Assembly (NCBI GenBank): GCA_036677365.1
Contig: JAVBWN010000022.1
Coordinates: forward strand, 1-59,797
From: Acholeplasma sp.
GTDB taxonomy: Bacteria; Bacillota_I; Bacilli_A; Acholeplasmatales; UBA5453
Direction of reading: 5' to 3'
Length of the DNA: 59,797 nt
Shown here: one piece after another, positions 34,476 to 44,329 of the stretch
How positions within the stretch are numbered: position 1 is the first letter of the stretch
Layout: each line of letters starts with the position of its first letter
The notes under the pieces: generated by a model
Seen by the model: the letters and a program-made list of their open reading frames with translations, nothing else
Told to the model about the DNA's origin: nothing
The model's database searches: none
Made by a program: the position numbers and the translations under genes

Positions 34476-34931
34476 TTATTGGAAATATTGATCGATTTGA
34501 TTGATATGAATGGCATGCATTCCAAAAACATCCATCCCTGGTTTGACGAATACCACTTCATTCTCATTGATGTATTTGACGATTTTCCCTGGTTGAGGGT
34601 AAATTAATAAGAGTTTGTCGCCTTCGATATCCTGAAAACCATGGGTTTCAATCATTTTATTACCTGAGGATGAAAACAACTGCCAATGCCTTTTTGAATT
34701 AAAGGAGACTTCATTGACACTGGGTGCGTAGATCAAACGGATTTGAATGCGTCGATTTTGGGTATTAAGTACATATTGATGGCTATTCAATTTGGTATAT
34801 TCAAGCTTGCCGTGATGTTTGAGTTGATGCTCGATGGCACGGATAAATTTTTGCTTGTTGAGTTCGATGACCACAATAATTGCGATGACAATCACAACTA
34901 AGATGCCTAACCCAAGATAAAATTCAAACAT
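34476..34931 (-). CDS. Hypothetical protein with N-terminal membrane anchor
   Basis: ATG 34931 with GGAGG RBS; one TM helix. Confidence 0.7.
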   Translation of the reverse strand: MFEFYLGLGILVVIVIAIIVVIELNKQKFIRAIEHQLKHHGKLEYTKLNSHQYVLNTQNRRIQIRLIYAPSVNEVSFNSKRHWQLFSSSGNKMIETHGFQDIEGDKLLLIYPQPGKIVKYINENEVVFVKPGMDVFGMHAIHINQIDQYFQ

Positions 34932-35394
34932 GGGTATCCTCCGGTTTGATGATGACATCCAAAAGACGATTGCCATCAAATATGCAGTGGTAATGGTGTA
35001 TGCCACTTTCTAATAATGTTGGTAAAAAATAAGGGATATTCAAAGCGACGCCTAGATTGTTTTTATCACAAATCCAATCGATTGTTCGCCATGCAAGTAT
35101 ACCTTCATTGGTGACGACTGGGGTATCCATTTTTTCATTAATATCCATTAGAAACATATATAAAAAGCTACCATCGTTGGGTTCCCAAGTCATTTTGCCT
35201 TTATATATAATCTCAGTTAAAGGCACATAAATGCCTGTTTCTTCGAGGATTTTTCTTTGCATCGATACTTGGATATTTTCATTCAATTCAACTTTACCAC
35301 CAACCCCATTCCAACAGCCTTTCCATGGCTGTTTCATGCGATTGATGAGCAATATTTCATCTTGATGTCTTATAAACCCTAAGGTATATATCAT
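34924..35394 (-). CDS. NUDIX hydrolase, MutT/8-oxo-dGTPase-like, with altered Nudix box
   Basis: WNGVGGKVE...E...RKILEETG, EG.L.W. Confidence 0.82.
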   Translation of the reverse strand: MIYTLGFIRHQDEILLINRMKQPWKGCWNGVGGKVELNENIQVSMQRKILEETGIYVPLTEIIYKGKMTWEPNDGSFLYMFLMDINEKMDTPVVTNEGILAWRTIDWICDKNNLGVALNIPYFLPTLLESGIHHYHCIFDGNRLLDVIIKPEDTHV

Positions 35395-35446
35395 GGTATC
35401 ACCTAAAAGTATGATAACACAAAACAGAGCCAAACCAAAAAGAAAA

Positions 35447-35474
35447 TTCCCTCACCTTTCGATGAGGGAATCTT
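35447..35474 (-). terminator. Intrinsic terminator after giant repeat protein
   Basis: ATTCCCTCA-cctttcga-TGAGGGAAT with T-rich tail on minus strand. Confidence 0.75.
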
Positions 35475-35486
35475 TGTTACTAAGAA

Positions 35487-38400
35487 TTAAACGTAAGCAC
35501 CAGACTTGAGGTCAGCGGCCAATGTGGTTCTGAGAATTCTGTTCGATGGGTTGCCACCTTCATAATCGGCGTTATCAAGGGTCATTACATAGAATGCATT
35601 ATTTCTCATTTCTGCTTCAAGTTTGTAGTAAATGATGGTGTAGTTTGCACCAAACATAATATCGATGGTTTCGTCATCTAATGACGCTACGGTAGCAGGT
35701 GTTAAGGTGGATAGGTCAGCTACAGTGGTTGTAGGACCCATTGCGGTTAAGGCTTCTGCCAATCCAACCATTTCAATGTTCTTCACTTCACCATTTCTTG
35801 GACCCACACTATTATCGATGGCATCGGTATTTCCAGTAGTCAATCCAGAAGAAATGATGGCTGAACTGATTTGACGGTTGACGATGACGGAGTTCGCAGC
35901 GAGTAGATCATTGATGAGTGAACCGGTGATGGTGCTAGCTGTTAAGTTCGAAATACCAGCAACGCCACCAGAAATGTATTGTAATGCGTCTGCTAAAGCA
36001 TTGAGTTCAGTCAATGTGATGTCATCTACTGTTTCATAAGCATCGGAAGGGATATCCAATCCAGAATCGATGATGGCTGTACTGATTTGACGGTTCACAA
36101 TGATTGAGTTCGCAGCAAGCAAGTTGGTCAAGAATGTCGAATCGATGTCAGCAGCATCAATATTACCAACATCACTGACTGAACCGATGTGTACCAATGC
36201 AGCAGCTAATGCTCTGAGTTCGGTTTCATAAATGTCACTTGCAGTTTCTAACGCAGCGGCAGGTACATCGATGGTCGAATTGATGATGGCTGAACTGATT
36301 TGACGGTTAACAATTAACGATTCAGCATCCAATAAGTTGGTTAAGTAAGTTGAGTTAATGCTATTGGCATCAATGTTCGATACTTCATCTACAGAACCGA
36401 TGTGTACCAACGCAGCGGCCAACGCTCTGAGTTCGGTTTCTGTGATGTCTTCTGCTGATGCGTATGCTGCGGCAGGGATATCTAGACCGGATGCGATGAT
36501 GGCTGAGGAGATTTGACGGTTGACGATTAAGGATTCAGCATCCAACAAGTTCGTTAAGAACGTTGAATTGATGCTGCTTGCATTGATGGTCGAAACTTGG
36601 TCTACAGAACCGACATGTACCAACGCAGCGGCCAATGCTCTAAGTTCGGTTTCTTTCACATCTTGCGCTGAATCAAGGGCAGCGGCTGGGATATCTAAGC
36701 CTGAACCAATGACAGCGGTCGAAATTTGACGGTTGACGATGATTGAGTTCGCATCCAATAAGTTCGTTAAGAACGTTGAATTGATGTCACTTGCATCGAT
36801 ACTTGCCATATCGTTTACAGATGTGAAGTTCGATAATGCAGTTGCGATGGCTCTGAGTTCTGTTTCTGTGATATGGCTATCAGCATCTAATGCGCTTGCA
36901 GGAATGTCTGTAATTGCACCTTTGATTGCGATACTGATTTGACGGTTTACGATGAGTGATTCTGCATCCAATAGGTCAGTTAAGAATGTGGATGTGATGG
37001 TATTCGCATCGATATTTGCCATATCATTGACTGAGTTGAAGTTAGATAATGCTGTAGCAATCGCTCTAAGTTCAGTCACTGTGATGTGATTATCAGCGTC
37101 TAACGCAGCGGCTGGGATATCTGTGATTGCACCCTTAACGGCGATGCTAATTTGACGGTTAACAATCAACGATTCTGCGTCAAGCAAGTTGTTTAAGAGT
37201 GTTGAATTGATGGTGGATGCATCGATGTTTGCCATATCATTGACTGAACCAAATTGTGACAACGCGGTTGCGATGGCTCTAAGTTCAGTAACAGTAATGT
37301 GGTTATCAGCGTCTAAGGCAGCGGTTGGGATGTCTGTTATCGCACCCTTAACGGCTATGCTGATTTGTCGATTAACGATCAACGATTCCGCATCCAATAA
37401 TTCTGTTAATAAGGCAGAGGTGATGTCATTCGCATTGATGTTTGCCATATCATTGACAGATCCAAAGCTGGATAATGCCGTAGCAATTGCTCTGAGTTCA
37501 GTTACGGTGATGTGGTTGTCAGCGTCTAATGCGCCAGCAGGGATGTCTGTGATGGCACCCTTGACTGCGACTGAAATTTGACGATTAACAATCAATGATT
37601 CCGCATCCAGTAAGTCAATCAATAATGCTGATGTGATGTCGTTTGCACTGATGCTTGAAAGCTCATTCACGGAATTGAAATTAGACAACGCGGTAGCAAT
37701 TGCTCTAAGTTCAGTCACTGTGATGTGATTATCAGCATCGAGAGCACCGGCTGGAATATCGGTGATGGCACCTTTAATTGCTATTGAAATTTGACGATTG
37801 ACGATTAAGGATTCAGCATCCAACAAATCATTCAATAACGCACCATCGATGGTATTCGCATCGATGTTAGATAATTCATTGACAGAACCAAAGTTGCTCA
37901 ATGCAACGACGATTGCTCTAAGCTCGGATTCTTTAATATCGCCTTCAGCGTCTAATGCGCCGGCTGGGATATCAGAAATTGCACCCTTGATGGCGTCTGA
38001 AATTTGACGATTCACGATGAGCGAGCCTGCATCTAGCAAGTTATTTAACATTGTCGCATCTACTGAGGTCGCATCGATATTCGAAATTTCATCGATGGAA
38101 TTGAATTGTGACAACGCGGTCGCGATGGCTCTAAGTTCAGTGGATGTAATATCGCCTTCAGCATCTAACGCTGCTGCTGGGATATTGGTCACTGCACCTT
38201 TGATTGCATCTGAGATTTGTCGATTCACGATGAGTGAGTTCGCATCCAATAAGCTGGTCAACATGCTAGCATCTACGGTAGCTGGGTCTATGGATGAAAT
38301 CTCATTGACTGATCCAAATTGAGACAATGCTGTCGCAATCGCTCTCAATTCTGCCAATGTGATGTGTCCATCAGCATCTAATGCTGCTGCTGGGATGTTG

Positions 38401-41400
38401 GTGATGGTATCCTTGATGACATTGGAAATAAGGATACGTACAATCGTTGATTCTGTATCTAATAAGTCATTTAGGAATTGGCTGCTGATGGTGTTTGGAT
38501 CAAGTTCATCCGTACCAATCAATTGAACAGCACGTAATAACTTAATCAATTCGCCGTCTTCACTTTCAGTACCTTGCCAGAAGGTTGGATTGTCACTGTT
38601 ATCCAATGTGACATTTAAACCACTGGTGGACAATACTTCGGTGAATAATTTGTCAAGTGAACTATGTAAAACACGTGATGATAGCAATAAATCATTCAAT
38701 TCCTGGATAGATTCTTCATCCGATAATGCGGTTGTGATTGCATTATAGTCCAAATTATCAAATGAAATGCCTAAATCGGATAACCCTTGGATGGCAAGTA
38801 ACAATGGTTTAAGGTCGCCTTCAGGATAGTTCGGGTCCACATCTTGATACCACACGTAATCATCACCATTTGGCAATGTTGTGCTGATATATGCCGATAG
38901 GTCACCAGATTCAATCATTGGTACGATGGTTTCAACTAATGTCATCTCAATGACTTTAGAACGTAATAACACATCGACATCGGCTGTCATGAGGGTATTT
39001 AAATCCACATTGATGTTATTGATGTCGCCACCAGGAATGATGCTTTGTAACGCTAATAATAAGTATTCGAGTTCACCTTGAGTTGAATTTGTTGAATACC
39101 AAGTCAAACCTTCTGGAACGAATAATACACCTTCTAAGTCTCCACCTTCATCGACCATGGTCAAGAATACGTTTCTAAATGTATTCGCAATGACTTTGGA
39201 TTTCGCGATGGTGTTGATCTGTGTTTCAGTTAAAGACAAAAGTGCAGATGGGTCACTGCCGGCGGTTGATAGGATGATGGCTGCTTTCAACAAGGAGTTG
39301 ATTTCAGTTTCTGTCCAATCTTCCCACGAATCTGGCAATGCGATTTCATAATCCGCTAGACCTTCTTGGCTTGATAACGCCATTTCAAATATTGCATTCA
39401 AATTATAACGAATGACGATAGAGTCAGATATATAAGCAGCTAAATTATCCGCCATGGTGTCATCAAGTGCACTTAAGTCACCTGAGATGATATTGGATGC
39501 TAATATTTCGCGCGCACCCTTTAATAAAGCGGTAAGTTCAGTTTGACCAGATTCTGCTGCCCAGTCGATGGTTTCAGGAATAACCAAGGTAACACCTAAG
39601 TTTAATCCCGCCAACAATTGTGCAATGACATCATTCATCTTGGTCGTAATTAGGTTTGATGCACTGATTCTCGCAACAATCGCTGCGATATTTTCATCGG
39701 ATAAAATCACACTGTAGTCCGGATTCTCGGATTGATTGATCAAATCCATAATACCCGTGCTGATGACCACTTTGGCCAATAAGATGAGGTTTGTAATTTC
39801 AGTGGCATTAAAGTTGTTTGAAATATCTGCCAACGTAATTAAACCTTGGAATTCAGGCGGTAAATTCTCAGTGATGAAATTAAAAATGTATTGAGAAGCC
39901 ACGCCTGTATTGTTTGAAATGATGGAGAATCCAAAGATGGCATCGAACAAATCCGCAATCGCTTGGTCAGGAATTACACCAAGTACAGCTGGGTCCGACA
40001 TATTATTAAAATCATCCATCGATGTAAAACCCATCGCTTGAACTGCTAAGTAGATATTTGCGATATTGGCAAAATCGGCTTGTAGTTCTTCGCCTGTTGG
40101 CAAGGTAATGTCATCGATAGTGATGCCTAAATCGGTAAATGTTTGTTGAACTGCTTCTGTTTGAATCAAGAAATTCAATCCAATCGGTAAACCATATTGA
40201 ATGAGATCCAATTCACCTAAAGCGTCAAAGATACTCACGACGGTTTCACCATCAAATAAGAAATAATTGAGTTCATCCATAGGTACACCTTGTTCTTGAA
40301 TTAGGCTCAATGCATTGACAAAAACATCGCCCAAAAGACCCAAGTCTCTCATATAATCGATGGCTTTTAAATCATCTAAATCAAATAAATCTTCATAACC
40401 TTCCAACATCTCGTTGAAATCACCACTGTTGATCAAATATTCTAAACCCACAGGGATCACAACTTCAATGATGTCCAAATTGGTGATTAAACCGAACACT
40501 TCTGCTGCGGTTTCTGGGTCTAAACTATAAATGAAATCGTCACCAAATGTGGTTGAACCCCCATTGGCTTCGACCAATAAGTTCACAGCGTTAAGTGCTT
40601 TTTCAAGTTCGGCACGAAACTTGATTTGTGTATCTAAACTTTCAGATTTAACACGGACACTGAAGACTTCGTCGAATACGTAATTATCGAGTTCAACATC
40701 GCCAATTTTAACATAACCAGCAATCATCCCGACATAGGTAGAACGGTAGTCTTTTAAGAACAGTTTTAGTTCAGCGATGAGTTCATCGGTTTCAGCCATC
40801 GGTTGTTGTACTTCGACTAAAACGAGTTCATCGTTGACAATCATCAATTGGTATTGTGGTTCGTTACTGACGGTGGTTACTAAATCTAACCCACTGCTTA
40901 ACGATACAAGCGCAGCGAATGGCAGAGAAATCAAAAGGACAGAGAATGCCCCTCTTAAACCACCAACACCGGCACCAGCCAAACGAGATAGGAAAGTTTT
41001 TCTTTTCTTTCGACCGTTTTCATCGCGTTTACGTGGTTTAATAATCATCCAAATGATCCATCCGATGAATTTAAACACTGTCGCGTTTAATATAAACAAT
41101 AAGATGAATAGCACCAAGCTGACGGCCAATTGTAAGATACCAATGACCAATGCCAACGCATCGGACCCCTCTACCAGCACATTGGCTAGGTTTGGTTGCA
41201 TATCGATCAAGTAATTAATGGCTGTATCTTGGATGTTTGTGATAACCAACCCTTCAATTGGAATTGGAACAGTAGCAAGATAGGCACTCAAATCGACTTG
41301 AAGTACCATCCCAGCAATCATTGGAATCGTGAAGAAACCAACGACTAAAATACCTACAGTCCAAATCAGAAAGAAGGTGGATTTGTAAAAGCCTTGAATG

Positions 41401-41483
41401 AACCCCCAAAACATCGCGAGTCCAATTACCCCTAAGGCTGCGTAATTCAGATACTGTAACATTTCTGCTGCAGTAAAACTCAT
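35487..41483 (-). CDS. 1998-aa membrane-anchored acidic repeat protein with CvpA-like N-terminal membrane domain
   Basis: 4 N-terminal TM segments with SRLAGAGVG motif; long acidic helical ectodomain with tandem repeats. Confidence 0.85.
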   Translation of the reverse strand: MSFTAAEMLQYLNYAALGVIGLAMFWGFIQGFYKSTFFLIWTVGILVVGFFTIPMIAGMVLQVDLSAYLATVPIPIEGLVITNIQDTAINYLIDMQPNLANVLVEGSDALALVIGILQLAVSLVLFILLFILNATVFKFIGWIIWMIIKPRKRDENGRKKRKTFLSRLAGAGVGGLRGAFSVLLISLPFAALVSLSSGLDLVTTVSNEPQYQLMIVNDELVLVEVQQPMAETDELIAELKLFLKDYRSTYVGMIAGYVKIGDVELDNYVFDEVFSVRVKSESLDTQIKFRAELEKALNAVNLLVEANGGSTTFGDDFIYSLDPETAAEVFGLITNLDIIEVVIPVGLEYLINSGDFNEMLEGYEDLFDLDDLKAIDYMRDLGLLGDVFVNALSLIQEQGVPMDELNYFLFDGETVVSIFDALGELDLIQYGLPIGLNFLIQTEAVQQTFTDLGITIDDITLPTGEELQADFANIANIYLAVQAMGFTSMDDFNNMSDPAVLGVIPDQAIADLFDAIFGFSIISNNTGVASQYIFNFITENLPPEFQGLITLADISNNFNATEITNLILLAKVVISTGIMDLINQSENPDYSVILSDENIAAIVARISASNLITTKMNDVIAQLLAGLNLGVTLVIPETIDWAAESGQTELTALLKGAREILASNIISGDLSALDDTMADNLAAYISDSIVIRYNLNAIFEMALSSQEGLADYEIALPDSWEDWTETEINSLLKAAIILSTAGSDPSALLSLTETQINTIAKSKVIANTFRNVFLTMVDEGGDLEGVLFVPEGLTWYSTNSTQGELEYLLLALQSIIPGGDINNINVDLNTLMTADVDVLLRSKVIEMTLVETIVPMIESGDLSAYISTTLPNGDDYVWYQDVDPNYPEGDLKPLLLAIQGLSDLGISFDNLDYNAITTALSDEESIQELNDLLLSSRVLHSSLDKLFTEVLSTSGLNVTLDNSDNPTFWQGTESEDGELIKLLRAVQLIGTDELDPNTISSQFLNDLLDTESTIVRILISNVIKDTITNIPAAALDADGHITLAELRAIATALSQFGSVNEISSIDPATVDASMLTSLLDANSLIVNRQISDAIKGAVTNIPAAALDAEGDITSTELRAIATALSQFNSIDEISNIDATSVDATMLNNLLDAGSLIVNRQISDAIKGAISDIPAGALDAEGDIKESELRAIVVALSNFGSVNELSNIDANTIDGALLNDLLDAESLIVNRQISIAIKGAITDIPAGALDADNHITVTELRAIATALSNFNSVNELSSISANDITSALLIDLLDAESLIVNRQISVAVKGAITDIPAGALDADNHITVTELRAIATALSSFGSVNDMANINANDITSALLTELLDAESLIVNRQISIAVKGAITDIPTAALDADNHITVTELRAIATALSQFGSVNDMANIDASTINSTLLNNLLDAESLIVNRQISIAVKGAITDIPAAALDADNHITVTELRAIATALSNFNSVNDMANIDANTITSTFLTDLLDAESLIVNRQISIAIKGAITDIPASALDADSHITETELRAIATALSNFTSVNDMASIDASDINSTFLTNLLDANSIIVNRQISTAVIGSGLDIPAAALDSAQDVKETELRALAAALVHVGSVDQVSTINASSINSTFLTNLLDAESLIVNRQISSAIIASGLDIPAAAYASAEDITETELRALAAALVHIGSVDEVSNIDANSINSTYLTNLLDAESLIVNRQISSAIINSTIDVPAAALETASDIYETELRALAAALVHIGSVSDVGNIDAADIDSTFLTNLLAANSIIVNRQISTAIIDSGLDIPSDAYETVDDITLTELNALADALQYISGGVAGISNLTASTITGSLINDLLAANSVIVNRQISSAIISSGLTTGNTDAIDNSVGPRNGEVKNIEMVGLAEALTAMGPTTTVADLSTLTPATVASLDDETIDIMFGANYTIIYYKLEAEMRNNAFYVMTLDNADYEGGNPSNRILRTTLAADLKSGAYV
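35895..38453 (-). repeat. 12 tandem ~213-bp (71-aa) coding repeats, followed by a partial 13th
   Basis: Unit ESLIVNRQISxAIKGAITDIPAxALDADNHITVTELRAIATALSxFxSVNxxxxIxAxxIxSxLLxxLLDA; ATTTG(A/T)CG recurs about every 213 bp. Confidence 0.95.
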
Positions 41484-41642
41484 AAAATCACCCCATATCT
41501 TTAAACTTTATTACATTTTATCACTCATCTAAAAAAAGTTATATTCATATGACTGAAAAATGTGGTTTTTTTTTTATTTTGTCGCTATTCATTCCAAAAT
41601 ACATAAAAATTGATGAAAAAACCCCCTTTAAAGGGGGAGGTA

Positions 41643-42398
41643 CTAAGATTTAATTTCAAAAACTAGAATAAAATTAGAACTTGTCGAAGCATCAAAACTT
41701 GTACGCTTATACTCAAAGGTCAGGGTTTTGTTTCTAGGGTCATAATTGAGATATTCTTTGGTATTGGCCAACAATGTTTGAATGCCAGATAAACCTGCGA
41801 TATATGTTCCACTGCCTTGATATGTAGACCCGTCTGCGTGTTTGTTTTTGTATGAAATACGATTACCGTCGATATAAAAATTATAATATTGGTACATTTG
41901 AGGGTAGATCGTTTGTCCATGATGATAACCTGATGCATTGATCAGCTCGTATGTGCCATTAGGTATTTGGTGTGTTTCAAAATCTTCATATTTGCTGAAA
42001 ACATAATGTTGAATTGTCGTACTTACCACTCTTATTTCAATCAAACCTGAATAAATATCATAATAAAATACATCACTCATATAAATGTTGTCTTTTCGAA
42101 TCGTGAAATAGTAATCGTTTACTTGGTTTATTTCATACTCAATCACCTCAACACTTTGTGAGTGCTTATTGCGAATGATCGTTTTAATCGAGGTGCCGTT
42201 GATTTCAAGCGCATAGCGATCAAAATTAACGAACGGGTCATAGGCAGTGCCAGTTACATTTAAATTGGAATCGATCAGAAATGCCAATTCATATACGCCA
42301 TCCATTGAATATTTTTCGATGGTACCTTTTCGTTGATTACAGCCACTCAGCACGGTTAAACCAATAAAAAACAATAAAAGTGTACTTATTTTTTTCAT
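41643..42398 (-). CDS. Lipoprotein of unknown function (two beta-rich halves)
   Basis: LSGC lipobox; DGVYEL and NGTYEL begin two similar halves. Confidence 0.75.
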   Translation of the reverse strand: MKKISTLLLFFIGLTVLSGCNQRKGTIEKYSMDGVYELAFLIDSNLNVTGTAYDPFVNFDRYALEINGTSIKTIIRNKHSQSVEVIEYEINQVNDYYFTIRKDNIYMSDVFYYDIYSGLIEIRVVSTTIQHYVFSKYEDFETHQIPNGTYELINASGYHHGQTIYPQMYQYYNFYIDGNRISYKNKHADGSTYQGSGTYIAGLSGIQTLLANTKEYLNYDPRNKTLTFEYKRTSFDASTSSNFILVFEIKS

Positions 42399-42472
42399 CT
42401 ATGGTATCTTCCTTTATTTATTCTATATAAATTATACACCAAAAAAGAAAAATACCCAATGGGTTTTGGGTA

Positions 42473-44173
42473 TTATTTCACGAGTACAACTAAGGATTCG
42501 TAAGGTCTAAGTTTTAATTGTCTTAAATCGTAATTAGTTTCGTGGTAATTCGATAACAATACCGATTGAACGTCCATATCGATGGAGACATTGGATTCTA
42601 CATCAAAGAAATTGGTCACGACCAAGATGTGTTGGTGGTGGTAGCTTCTTAAATAGCTGTACACATGTTTGTCGTCTCTTAAGTATTGTTTGTATGTGCC
42701 ATACACGAATGTATCTTTATAGGATGGGTTTTTACGCAATTTCAAGACGGTCTTGTAGTAATTTAACAGTGAATTAGGGTTTTGTTCTTCTGTTTCCACA
42801 TTGATTTCAGGGTAATTCGGGTTAACATGGAACCAAGGCTCGACATTTGAGAAACCGCCAAATGGGGCATTCTTCCATTGAACCGGGGTTCTCGCGTTGT
42901 CTCGAGAACGGTGTGCAGTAAACCCAATGAAACGGTGTGGGTCTTGTCCTTCGGATACCGCGATTTGGTAACTGTTTTTCACAGAGACGTCATTGAAGTC
43001 ATCGATGGTTTTAAATGGGTAGTTGGTCATCCCAATTTCTTCCCCTTGATAAATGAATGGGGTGCCCCACATAAAATATAAAGCCGTCGCAAGCATCGAA
43101 CCAGACAATACACGTTTATTCACATTGCCATATTGGCTCATGACACGTGGTTGGTCATGGTTTAACCAATAAAGCGGGTTCCATGCTTTACCATAAAGGT
43201 TGGTTTGCCACTTCTCAAACATATCTTTCATATGAGATAAATTGGTGATGACTTCATCTTCTGGGTTTTTTAAGTCCCAGACGTTGTTACACCAGTTGTG
43301 GTCAAAATTGAATACCATGTGAAGCTCATCGCGGTTTAAACCCGCGTATTCGATGGCTTCTGCAGGTAAAGCGCCCCCACCGACTTCGCCAACCGTCATC
43401 ACATCATAGTCTTTAAGGACCTTTTGATTGAACTCATTTAAATAATCATGCAGTTTCGGTAAGTTGGAGAATTTACGCCAATCGGGTTTGTATTTCGATG
43501 AGGATGCCATGGTGGAGTCTTCAAAAGTGGTGCTTCTTGCGATGTGTGCGACCGCATCCACCCTAAAGCCATCAATCCCTAAATCCAACCAGAACTTCGC
43601 CATCTCAAACATACCTTCGCGGACATTTGGGTTAGCCCAGTTCAAATCTGGCATTTTCTTGGAAAATATCTTCATATAATATTCGCCAGTCAAGTCATCT
43701 TTTTGCCAACAAGACCCACCAAAGAACGATGCCCAGTTGGTCGGTTCAACTTCTTTGCCATCAACCATTTTGCCTTGTTGCCAAATATAATAATCACGAT
43801 ATGGGTTGTCTTTTGATTTTCTTGATTCGATGAACCAAGGGTGTTCATCGGAGGTTTGGTTCATCACCAAGTCCGCGATGATACGGATGTCTCTCTTCTT
43901 GGCCTCAGCAATCAATCGTTTAGCATCCTCTAGTGTCCCATAATCTTCAGAGATATCATAAAAATCGGAGACATCATAACCATTATCGTCCATCGGTGAT
44001 TTATAAAATGGGCAAATCCACAAGAGATTGACCCCTAAGTCCTTCAAATAATCGAGTTTTTCGATGATGCCAGGGATGTCCCCAATACCATCATTGTTAG
44101 AATCTTTAAAGCTACGTAAATAAATTTGATAACCAATGGCTTCTTTCCACCATTTTTTTTCATAAAATGACAT
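42473..44173 (-). CDS. GH13 alpha-glucosidase / oligo-1,6-glucosidase
   Basis: WWKEA..YQIY, DNGYD, GFRVD, NHDQPR, YQGEEIGM, SRDNARTP. Confidence 0.93.
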   Translation of the reverse strand: MSFYEKKWWKEAIGYQIYLRSFKDSNNDGIGDIPGIIEKLDYLKDLGVNLLWICPFYKSPMDDNGYDVSDFYDISEDYGTLEDAKRLIAEAKKRDIRIIADLVMNQTSDEHPWFIESRKSKDNPYRDYYIWQQGKMVDGKEVEPTNWASFFGGSCWQKDDLTGEYYMKIFSKKMPDLNWANPNVREGMFEMAKFWLDLGIDGFRVDAVAHIARSTTFEDSTMASSSKYKPDWRKFSNLPKLHDYLNEFNQKVLKDYDVMTVGEVGGGALPAEAIEYAGLNRDELHMVFNFDHNWCNNVWDLKNPEDEVITNLSHMKDMFEKWQTNLYGKAWNPLYWLNHDQPRVMSQYGNVNKRVLSGSMLATALYFMWGTPFIYQGEEIGMTNYPFKTIDDFNDVSVKNSYQIAVSEGQDPHRFIGFTAHRSRDNARTPVQWKNAPFGGFSNVEPWFHVNPNYPEINVETEEQNPNSLLNYYKTVLKLRKNPSYKDTFVYGTYKQYLRDDKHVYSYLRSYHHQHILVVTNFFDVESNVSIDMDVQSVLLSNYHETNYDLRQLKLRPYESLVVLVK

Positions 44174-44239
44174 ACCATCACTCCTTGTGTCCAAGATTAT
44201 CATAACACATCATTTTCGGATTTTACCTTTCAAATAGGT

Positions 44240-44280
44240 TGTAATGCGTTACATTTAAATATTCGATGAAAGCGTTTCAA
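44240..44280. promoter_or_regulatory. Two LacI/CcpA-type palindromic operators between divergent GH13 genes
   Basis: TGTAATGCGTTACA (44240-44253) and TGAAAGCGTTTCAA (44267-44280); TATAAT at 44288-44293. Confidence 0.6.
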
Positions 44281-44329
44281 TTTTTTGTATAATATAGTGT
44301 GTATCCCAGACACTAAAGTGAGGTAACTT

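Noticed and set aside
35895..38453. Possible CRISPR array
   Set aside because: Repeats are in-frame, degenerate at third positions and lack unique spacers; no cas genes
35665..41214. Series of ~69-aa plus-strand ORFs with 213-bp periodicity
   Set aside because: Antisense shadows of the repeat protein; no RBS or independent signal
41566..41575. T10 tract upstream of the giant protein (also T8 at 3856-3863) as a phase-variation switch
   Set aside because: Homopolymers are common in these AT-rich spacers; T10 is not clearly inside a promoter spacer and no variation can be seen from one sequence
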